A stretch of 64,000 nucleotides of DNA from Hemiscyllium ocellatum (taxonomy: Eukaryota): assembly GCF_020745735.1 (NCBI RefSeq), contig NC_083432.1, positions 35,612,533 to 35,676,532 of the forward strand. Direction: 5' to 3'. A program made the position numbers and the translations under genes. The notes beneath the pieces are model-generated. The model did not search any database, had not been told where the DNA came from, and saw only the letters and a list, made by a program, of their open reading frames with translations. This document shows, piece after piece, positions 26,157 to 37,300 of this stretch. How positions within the stretch are numbered: the stretch's first letter is position 1; each line of letters begins with the position of its first letter.

Positions 26157-27080
26157 CATTTGTGGGAGAGTCTAGGACCAAAGGGTATAATCTCAGTGTA
26201 AGGAGTCATCAATTTAAGACAGGGATGAGAAGGGTTCTTTTGTATCAAAAAAATTGTGGAATGCTTTATCAAAAAGGGATGTCAAGGCTAGGTCATTACG
26301 TATATTCATGGCTGAAGTAGATAGATTTCTAATCAGTAAGGAAATCAAGGATGATAACGATAAGGCAGGAACTGGAGTAGAAGTTATCATGAACCCACTT
26401 CTCCATCACTAATTCACCAATTTTACCTTTTGTAGAGTGAATGTTCATTTTATTAACCCTTCTTTAAATATTTATTGAAATTCTAACCATCTGTATTTAT
26501 ATTTCTGGTTACATTTCTCTCATATTGTAATTTTCCCTCCTTACTAATGTTTTTGATCTTTGCTTTTTTTAAAAAAACTACTTCATCCCTTTTTTTAGAT
26601 TGATACTCATTAACATTTCTAGTGACCTACAGATGGTATGCCAATTCCTAGAAATGTTTTATTTGTTCAAATATATTTGTTCTGTATATTCAGAAATATC
26701 CCCATTAATCCAGCCACTGCATCTATATTGAATTATCCTTTAAAATAATTTGTCAATTCACTTTAGCCAGCTCAACTTCCATGTCTGTACAATTTCCTTC
26801 ATTTTAATTTTAAAAAGATAGCCCTGGACACATTCCTTTCTCTTTCAAGCTGAATGTAAAATTCCACCATGTTATGGTGTTGCTACCTAGGGCACGTTCA
26901 CTGTAAGGTCATTAATTAATCCTAAGTCATTGCACAATACAATGTCTGTTATAGCTTGAACTCTGCTCAGCTGTGGAACATGCTGTTCTAAGAAACCACT
27001 GTGAAAACATTTTATGAATTCATCATCTAGGCTACCATTATCCATCTGATGTTTCTAGTCAATATGGATATTAAATCTCT
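26157..27080. mobile_element. CR1 3' fragment (+, 26157-26390) and old degraded CR1 ORF2 fragment (-, ~26400-27080)
   Basis: Similarity to CR1 copies elsewhere in the window. Confidence 0.5.
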
Positions 27081-27859
27081 TGTGGAAATCAAAGATGGGT
27101 ATATCAACTGCACAATAACTTCAATCTATATCAAATGGCAAAATATGTCTGTGAAAGAAAATGTGAAAACCATGCTACTTATGAATAATAGATTGTTTTT
27201 TGTGTTTTTCTGTATAAATGGATAATTTTCTTGAAACTCTCTGGTTGGCTTGTGTAAATTCTATTAACTTCTGTGAAGGAGAGGAACAATTTTCTGTAGG
27301 AAAACATATTTAAATCCACTTTATCACAGGAATTTTGCAACATCAACTTTTTAGCAATGATTAGTGAATTCCTGAGAAAAGGGTATAATGCTAAGAAATT
27401 GGTTATCCAGTTTGAATCTGCAAAACTAGCCTTCAGGGCCTCCTGGCTAAATTGGGGGAAAACATCTCTCCATCATTTAAGCAGAAATAATACCGTTTTA
27501 TTTTTTAACAAGTACTTCTGGATTATTTTTAACAAGCAAAATTCGGTACAATGTTTTTCACACTGATATAATGTCACACAATATCACCCCAGGTGACCTT
27601 TAAAGGATAATGCATATGTTTGTACGATGTTTACACAGTAATTTAACAGGCATCTGAGCTATTAGTGAAAACTCCAGCTGTTACAGGGTTAACATTTGCT
27701 TTCCTCTCGTTCAAAATTAATAAGGATATTAAATGTTTTAATTAGTTTACTCTATTTTAAAAATTGGTCAGGCTTAGACCGCTGTTACTGCATCTAAAAT
27801 TACATGAGATGAAGTGCAATAATATTAAAAATCTTTCCTCTCTAATTGTTTATTAGCTC

Positions 27860-28021
27860 AATCAATAAATTCAATGGCTTGGATGTTTTTCACCTAATAG
27901 GTATCCAAACATGTATGCGTCAGCTTGGCATGATCTTGCTTTGTTCATTGACTCTGTGAACCTAGCACGAGTCCAAAGATCACTGTTTGCGTACTACGCT
28001 GCTGGCTAGGACAGTATATAA
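27860..28021 (+). promoter_or_regulatory. Proximal promoter of paralog B (HNF6-like, CRE-like, HNF4 DR1, TATA)
   Basis: AATCAATAA 27860, TGCGTCA 27916, ATTGACT 27947, AGTCCAAAGATCA 27970-27982, TATATAA 28015-28021; same spacing as in paralog C. Confidence 0.75.
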
Positions 28022-28111
28022 CGGATCCACACAGCACAGCAGAGAAGAGCTAATCCTGCAAAGAGACAGATTGTGTAAGAGATTACTTTAAGTTCCCAAA
28101 AGGTGCAGAGA

Positions 28112-28341
28112 ATGGACGCTGGGATGGACCTGCTCCATAGCTCCGGGGTAGAGCTGGTGCAGTACCTACAGATGAATTACAGGGACTCCGAGAGCTGGTT
28201 CACCTTCATCTCTTTCGCCGCTGACCTGAGAAACACTTTCTTTGTTTTCTTTCCCATTTGGTTCCATCTGTGTGAAGCCGTGGGTGTCAAACTCATCTGG
28301 GTGGCTGTCATTGGAGACTGGCTCAACCTCATCTTCAAATG
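28112..28341 (+). CDS. G6PC1: G6PC1 paralog B exon 1
   Basis: MDAGMDLL...LIFKW; TG|gtaagt. Confidence 0.95.
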
Positions 28342-31300
28342 GTAAGTTTCAGAGAAAAAGAAAAATTTCATACATTATCACCTGCAAAATCCAAAAGATA
28401 GCCTAAATGTTTCTGAGAACTGGATTTATAGAAAGGAATGGCTCTGTTTCTATTTACACACCAGGAACGAGTTGACGCTGGTAAAAAGGTTCTCTCATTA
28501 TTCACTGTTCATCTTGCTGGGATTGAGTGATGCAACATTCTAGCTTCAATGAAGTCAGTGTGATTGACTTCTTTTTTCACTGCATCAGCCCAGGGAAAGT
28601 CAGCACCACAGGATTAGCTAGCTGAGCATTTGGGGCATCTGGAGGGCGCTACTTTTATATTTTCCTTCGAACGTCTCGCTTTGATTGAAAATACTGATTT
28701 CCCCTAAGCTGATTCAGTGAACGAAATCAGGTCAACCACAAGCAAATGCAACTCTATCCAGCCCTGTCCTCATCACATGTTTAAGCACAACTTGTGTCCG
28801 AGATAGTTGATTGTTTGTAGATTAGGAGCGTGGCATTATATTGTCTATAATAACCAACCAATTTATTCAAGATTGAGGTTACAAGACAGAACCCCTCTGG
28901 CTTACTTTCTCAGTTTTACACCAACAATAGTACTGTATGTTTCTAAGTTCTATTCTCATATGTCCTATACTATCCCTGTTGAACTTCTTATATTCTTTAC
29001 CTCCCTTTAGCTGAAGGGAAATTCTTTATTCAGATGCTGGTCACATATGAATTCAAAGAAATACAGGTCATACTGCTGTTTCATTAACCCAAATTCCCTG
29101 TAACTTGTCTGACAAACTGGAGACACTTTCTAAAGTGCAAACTTAAAATGTGTTTCAGCTGTAACATGATTACATCACCAACATTTTAAGCGCTGTTTCT
29201 AAAGGGCAATTTTTCTTTAATGTGGGGTTGTTCAAGAACACAACCATTATGTTATAGAAGAACTGACTGTATAAAACCCAGAGCTAAAGTCACTGCATCA
29301 TATAACAGATGTTAAAAAAAAAGCAAAGGACTTGCATCAATGATCAATCAACATCCCTTGTTTTAACACATTTTAAACTTGCAAATAGTGAGAGGGTGGG
29401 TTGAGTTCTGGACCTGTTCCATTCTGCCCATGAAACAGCTGACCACAAAACCTCTCTTCCTGGTTCTCACATTAACAAATAGAGTCAGAGTCACACAGCA
29501 TGGAAACAGACCCTTTGATCCACCTAGTCCACACTGGACCATGATCTCAAACTAAACTAGTTCCACCTGCCTGCACTTGGCCCATATCCTCCAAACCTTT
29601 CCTCTTCATGAATTTATCCAAATGTTTTTTTAATATTGTAACTATACCAACATCCACCACTTCTTCTTGCAGTTCATTCCACACATGAACAACTCTCTAT
29701 GTAAAAACGTTGCCCCCCCAGTCCTTTTTTAAAACTTCCTCCTCTCACGCCTTAAAAATATACCTCCTAGTTTTGAACTCCCCCACCCTAGGGAAAAGAC
29801 ACTTGCTATTCATCTCATCTATGTCCCCTCATGATTTTAAAAACCTCTAGAAGGTCACCCCTCAATCTCCTGCACTCCAGTGAAAGTAGACCCTGCCTAT
29901 CCAGCCTATTTTTATAACTCAAACATTCCATTCATGGCAACATCCTGGTAAATCTTTTATGAACCTTCTCCAATTTAATACTATCCCTCCTACAGCAAGG
30001 TGACCAGAACTGTACACAGTACTCCAGAAGAGACCTCACCAACATCCTGTGCAACTTCAACATGACATCCCAACTCCTGTCCTCAAAGCTATTGTTATTG
30101 TTAACTCCACTCTCAGCTCAGGTACTGTCCATCAAACCTGACATCACCCTTCTTCTCAAGAAAAATCAAATTAACCCTTGACCACTCCATTGTTGCAAAC
30201 ACTGTTCTGCACTTGTATTTGGAGGCTGTTTCAAGAAAATGCACGTTGCTGGGATGGATGGACTTTTACTGATCACTGTTTAGAAGAACATGAGATGGTC
30301 TTTTGAAAGATGTGGTTCTGAGGGATTTGGCAGGAGATGTTGAAAGGATGTTTCAAACTGGAGAAGCAAAATGACCTACTTCTGCTCCTATTTCTTTTAT
30401 TCCAACATTTCTTTCCTCTCCAATACACTTAAATGTGCTGTCGCCACAGTAATAGGACAAATGAACCCTCAGATATCTAACTGCTTCATATGGTATAAGA
30501 AACAACCTTCAGGTCTGTTGTTGGTGAAATGATGTGGGTGCATTTTGTTCAAACAGGTTTTAGGGGTGTCTAAACAGGGATCAACAATTAACAAGATCAA
30601 GGCAACATTTTAAGATAACCTGTCCACAATCAGGACTCAGTAAACAGAATACACTGCAACCTAAAGTTTTACAATAGTTATACCTGCTGAGTTCAGCTCA
30701 TTGTTCAAAAGACTTCTAAAAAGCATTTCTTATCAGCATTTTCTAGATATTCCTGTGTAAATGTTTAACAAATATGTTGCCTGTTATTTGGTCCTAACAT
30801 GTTTTACAGTAGTGTACCTTGGTGTGAAAACCAGAAATTATCTTTGTTTTAGAATCTAAATATATAAATAACTTCATTTTTTAAAAAAAAAGATGCTTCT
30901 CTCTTTTCATTTCAGGATATTATTTGGACAGAGACCTTACTGGTGGGTTCATGAAACATCCTACTATGGTAACTCATCTGTTCCAGTCTTAGAACAATAC
31001 CCTATCACCTGTGAAACAGGACCAGGTATTGAGAGACTCTCACATTCCCAAAAATATCAGGACTGATCAGGACATAAAAATTATGCATTGGCTTTTTAAA
31101 AAAATCATTCCTATTGACCCCAAAACTTCATCTATTTCAGGAAGCCCATCGGGTCACGCTATGGGGTCAGCTGGAGTTTGGTATGTCATGGTGACAGCAT
31201 TTCTGACCAGCACACTTCAGAATAAGCAGCATCATGTTCAGAACTGGTGAGTCTTTGAGACATTTAACCTCTTAAAACTTATAAGTTTTGAAGCAATACA

Positions 31301-34300
31301 AGTTTGATGGGATCCATGAGTAGGAAGAAAGATTTATACCAGAGGTAAAAAAAAACAAGCTCAGGGCAGATCTTGATTTGATATGAGAGATGTTAAAGAG
31401 TGTGGATAAATTGATCTGTGATCATATTGCTTGACAAAGAGATGAACTCAGTCTCAGAAAATGAATAGCTAAGTTTTTAATCCATTCATGGGATGTAACT
31501 GGCTGGGCCAGCATTAATGGCCTAATTGCCCAGAATCAGCCATATTGTTGTGGGTCTAGATGTGGGCCAGACCAGGAAAGGATGACAGTTTTCTTTCCTA
31601 AAAAGGAAATTCGTGAACCAACTATCAGTAATAGTTTCATGATAATTGTTTGACTCTTAATTTCAGATTTTTACTGAATTGAAAATTCCACCATTTGCCA
31701 TGGTGGGATTCAGTCCCAGCTCCCCAGAACTTTAACTGGGTCCCTGGATTTATAGTCTAGCAATAATAGCATGAGGTCTTTGCTTGATTATTTTATGTAG
31801 CATTTAGTGAACTTATAAAACAAACTTCACAGGAGATAGATAGTCTCTATTAATCCAAGATGGGTCTTGTGAGGCATCTGCCTGATAACGCAATTCACAT
31901 TTAAGACATTGGGAAAGAAATGAATAAATCTTAAAAGTATAAATGCAAGGCAACTTCAAACTTTGGAATACGTAAATGCTTTTAAAAATTATATGTAAAG
32001 GTTTGTTGCAATAAACCTAAATATTAAAAGAAGTATTTATCAGGGAGTCAATAGTAATTTTTCACCCTTTTATTTCTATATGCAATCTGTCAGGATTTGA
32101 TTTGGTTGTGGTAACTGTAAAGTAAGACAAATTAAAATGACCAACTCTGTTAAACAAATTGAGAGTCCTTGGCTCAAGTGCCTTTCTTGACTTTTCAACA
32201 ACTGAAAGCTAATGAGTTAATATTGATGTGTTGTCAGTGTTGGGCTCAGCAAGCTCCCACACAATAGTTACTTCATTTTGGTGATCTTGGTTGAGGGATG
32301 AATTCTACCAACAAAACTCCAGGAGAGTTGTTTTCCAAACCTTGTAGATATTGATAAGAGATCTTTTGCATCACCAGGCAAATGATACCTTAGTTTCTCT
32401 TAAAATACAACAGGACAATATACACGGAGTATGACACCAACATCTCAGTATCCATGTATAGTAAAGGCTGCAAACGCATACTATAAACTAAGGCTGATCA
32501 TGTACTCAATCCTTTAAATTTGGTGACAAACATTGTAAATTCTAGACAGTCAGCAGAACTGAAAATGCGTTGCTGGTTAAAGCGCAGCAGGTCAGGCAGC
32601 ATCCAAGGAACAGGAAATTCGATGTTTCGGGCATAAGCCCGTCATCAGGAACAGGACGCAGCCAGACCTGCTGCGCTTTAACCAGCAACACATTTTCAGC
32701 TCTGATCTCCAGCATCTGCAGACCTCACTTTTTTTACTACAGTCAGCGGAAGTCAAGCTTTGAGCAGCAAAGCAATGGGTCAGTGAGTATTCCTAAAATT
32801 AAACAAAAAGGACATAGTTCTGTTTGGAAATAAAACTTAGTCAATTGGCAAAACTCCTGAGTTGCCAATTTCTTCCTGCCAATTCACCTACACATTCAAA
32901 CAACGGGAGCACTTTATAACACCGAGACCAGAAGTTTAAGTTGAATATTGGTTAAAATGTGCACAACATATTTTTAAAAATGTCATGGCTGTTCTATGTG
33001 CTACTTAGATACTTCACAAGTATGTGTGCTTCATTCTAATTGTCATGTTATATTGTCACCCACTGTAATCACTGCTCTCACTATTTCAGGTGTCTGCGAG
33101 CTTTACTATGGGCAGTCTTCTGGCTAGTTCAGGTTAACGTCTGTGCGTCCAGAATATTTGTAGCTGCCCATTTCCCACACCAAGTCTTCCTAGGGGTTAT
33201 TTCAGGTTAGTGGAAGAGTATGACAATCCTTCTTGTATCAAGATCACATTTTACAATCTGTACTGTTATTGGGAATGACTGATTACTGTTACAAAGAGCT
33301 GACACACAGACATGATGAGGCCAAATAATCTGTTTCTGTGCTGCAATCATTTTATGATTTGGTTCAAAATTCCTTTCTGTTTATTTAAAACTTGTCAACC
33401 CATCTGCAAAACTGGCACAGGGGTGACGTTTGTACTAGTGTACCTTAGTGAGAGTAGTTCAGATTCAACCTTATTTCACCAAAGCACATTTTTAAAGTAT
33501 TGCCTCTTTTTCAACAGAATGTTACCACTTAAGTATTTATCCAAAAGTGTTTGAACTGAGATTAATAGCTTTGTATTTGGAATTATTTCTCTTTCTACAA
33601 TTAAGAAAGAAAATGCAGTGTGCTATCACATTCTCTAGATGATCCTAAATGCTTACAGCCAATGACTACTTTTGAATTGCTGTCGGCAAACATGCTTTAT
33701 TCAGACTCTCGTGAAATTGAGACAATATTTATAAAATTATGAGATTATTATGCTTTTCAATGTTAAGTAAATGCAGTATTACCCATTGTAATAGCCAGTT
33801 AAGGGTGTGAATTGTATTTACTAGATTTAACCAAACTGTGTAAAGGTTCATTTGTTTTTTTTATGCAATTAAACTGTTTTGAGTTACAAATTAAACTTCA
33901 TACCCAACCAATTAATCAAACATAATTTGAGAAACTACTTAAAGAGGAGTATAGTATCCCTCCTGGAAAGATGGTTTTATGATATTAATGCATATGAATA
34001 TGCTGCTGACTGTTCTGGGACTGCTTTCAGCCTTTTTCCAATGGCTGAAGCTTGGATTTATAAGACTGCTTTCTTCCATTTTATTTTCTACTATCAAATT
34101 TCTCCCTTCCTGAAGTTGAGACTTCCTTACTGAGATGGAGTTCCATGGGCTCTGAGACCCATTAGTGCCTCTCCCAAGCCATTCTTAATGTGAGCCTGAT
34201 CACTGAGATTTGACTGAAGGCCATATGCCCTGTCCTCTTGAGCATAGAGTCATAGAGATGTACAGCAGGGAAACAGACCCCTCGGTCCAACCCGTCCAAG

Positions 34301-37300
34301 CCGACCAGATATCCCAACCCAATCTAGTCCCACCTGCCAGCACCTGGCCCATATCCCTCCAAACCCTTCCTATTCATATACCCATCTAAATGCCTCTTAA
34401 TGTTGCAATTGTACCAGCCTCCACCATATCTTCTGGCAGCTCATTCCATACACGTACCACCCTCTGCGTGAAAACATTGCCCCTTAGGTCTCTTTTATAT
34501 CTTTTCCCTCTCGTCCTAAACCTATGCCCTCTCGTTCTGGACTCCCCAACCCCAGGAAAAAGACTTTGTCTATTTATCCTATCCATGCTCCTCATAATTT
34601 TGTAAACCTCCATAAGGTCTCCCCTCAACCTCCGATGCTCCAGGTGAAAACAGCCCCAGCCTGTTCAGCCTCTCCTTATAGCTCAAATCGTCCAACCCTG
34701 GCAACATCTTTGTAAATCTTTTCTAAAGTTTCAAGTTTCACAACATCTTTCCAATAGGAAGGAGACCAGAATTGCACTCAATATTCCAACAGTGACCTAA
34801 CCAATGTCCTGTACATCCGCAATATGACCTCCCAGCTCCTGTACTCAATACTCTGACCAATAAAGGAAAGCATACCAAATGCCTTCTTCACTATCCTACC
34901 TACCTGTGACTCCACTTTCAAGGAACTATGAACCTGCACTCCAAGGTTTCTTTGTTCAGCAACACTCCCTAGGATCTTACCATTAAGTGTATAAGTCCTG
35001 CTAAGATTTGCTTTCCCAAAATGCAGCACCTTGCATTTATCTGAATAAAATTCCATCTGCCACCTCTCAGCCCATTGGCCCATCTGGTCCAGATCCTGTT
35101 GTAATCGGAGGTAACCCTCTTCGCTGTCCACTACACCTCCAATTTTGGTGTCATCTGCAAACTTATTGCATCCAGATCATTGACGTAAATGACAAAAAGT
35201 AGAGAGCCCAGCACCGATCCTTGTGGCACTCCACTGGTTCCAGGCCTCCAGTCTGAAAAACAACCCTCCACCAGTACCCTCTGTCTTCTAACTTTGAGCC
35301 AGTTCTGTATCCAAATGGCTAGTTCTCCCTGTATTCTATGAGATCTAACCTTGATAATCAGTCTCCCATGGGGAACCTTGCAGAATGCCTTACTGAAGTC
35401 CATATAGATCACATCTACTGCTCTGCCCTCATCAATCTTCTTTGTTACTTCTTCAAAAAACTCAATCAAGTTTGTGAGACATAATTTCCCACACTCAAAG
35501 CCATGTTGACTATCCCGAATCAGTCCTTGCCTTTCCAAATACATGCACATCCTGTCCCTCAGGATTCCCTCCAACAACTTGCCCACCAGTGAGGTCAGGC
35601 TCACTGGTCTATATTTCCCGGGCTTGTCTTTACCGCCCTTCTTAAACAGTGGCACCATGTTTACCAACCTCCAGTCTTCCAGCACCTCACCTGTGACTAT
35701 CAATGATATAAATATCTCAGCAAGAGGCCCAGCAATCACTTCTCTAGCTTCCCACAGAGTTCTCGGGTACACCTGATCAGGTCCTGTGGATTTATCCACC
35801 TTTAACCATTTCAAGATATCCAGCACTTCCTCCTCTGTAATCTGGACAGTTTGCAAGATGTCGCCATCTATTTCCCTACAGTATATATCTTCCATATCCT
35901 TTTCCACAGTAAATACAGATGCAAAATATTCATTTAGTATCTCCTTCATTTTCTGTGGCTCCATACAAAGGCCGCCTTGCTAATCTTTGAGGGGCCCTAT
36001 TCTCACCCTAGTTACCCTTTTGTCCTTAATATATTTGTAAAAACCCTTTGGATTCTTCTTAATTCTATTTGCCAAAGCTATCTCATGTCCCCGTTTTGCC
36101 CTTCTGATTTCCCTCTTAAGTATACTCCTACTTTCTTTATACTCTTCTAAGGATTCATTCGATGTATCCTGTCTATACCTGACATATTCCTCCTTCTTTT
36201 TCTTGACCAAACCCTCAATTTCTTTAGTCATCCAGCATTCCCTATACATACCAGCCTTCCTTTTCACCCTGACAGGAATATACTTTCTCTGGATTCTTGT
36301 TATCTCATTTCTGAAGGCTCCCCATTTTCGAGCCATCCCTTTACCTGCGAAATCAGCTTTTGAAAGTGCTTGCCTAATACCATCAAAATTGGTCTTTCTC
36401 TAATTTAGAACTTCAACTTTTAGATCTAGTCTATCCTTTTCCATCTCGATTTTAAAACAAATAGAATTATGGTCACTGACCCCAAAGTGCTCCCCCACTG
36501 ACACCTCAGTCACCTGCCCTGCCTTATTTCCCAAGAGTAGGTCATGTTTTGCACTTTCTCTAGTAGGTACATCCACATACTGAATCAGAAAATTGTCTTG
36601 TACATACTTAACAAATTCCTCTCCATCTAAACCCTTAACACTATGGCAGTCCCAGTCAATGTTTGGAAAGTTAAAATCCCCTACCATAACTACCCTATTA
36701 TTCTTACAGATAGCTGAGATCTCCTAACAAGTTTGTTTCTCAATTTCCCTCTGACTATTATGGGGTCTATAACACAATCACAAAAAGGTGATCATCCCTT
36801 CCTTATTTCTCAGTTCCACCCAAATAACATCCCTGGATGTATTTCCGGGAATATCCTCCCTCAGCACAGCTGTAATGCTATAACTTATCAAAAATGCTAT
36901 TCCCCCTCCTCTCTTGCCTCCCCTTTTATCCTTCCTGTAGCATTTGTATCCTGGAACATTAAGCTGCCAGTCCTGTCCATCCCTGAGCCATGTTTCCGTA
37001 ATTGCTATTGTATCACAGCCCCATGTTCCTAACCATGTCCTGAGTTCATCTGCCTTACCTGTTAGGCCCCTTGCATTGAAATAAATGCAGTTTAATTTAT
37101 TAGTCCTACCTTGTCCCTGCCTGCCCTGTTTGACTCACTTCTGCTCTCAGCTGTACCCATCTCAGATCAATCTCCTTCCTCACTTTCTCCCTGAGTCCCA
37201 CCCCACCACCTTACTAGTTTAAATCCTCCCAAGCAGTTCCAACAACTTTTCATGCCAGTATATTAGTACCCTTCCAATTTAGGTGCAATCTGTCCTTCTT

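Noticed and set aside
25955-26320. 121-aa and 111-aa ORFs as novel genes
   Set aside because: They span a low-complexity segment fused to a CR1 3' fragment. Most other 60-140 aa ORFs in the track are likewise TE fragments or chance ORFs.
29160-29272. Second Tigger-like element ending ...GAAGAACTGACTG-TA
   Set aside because: Only one TIR-like end found; no partner end.
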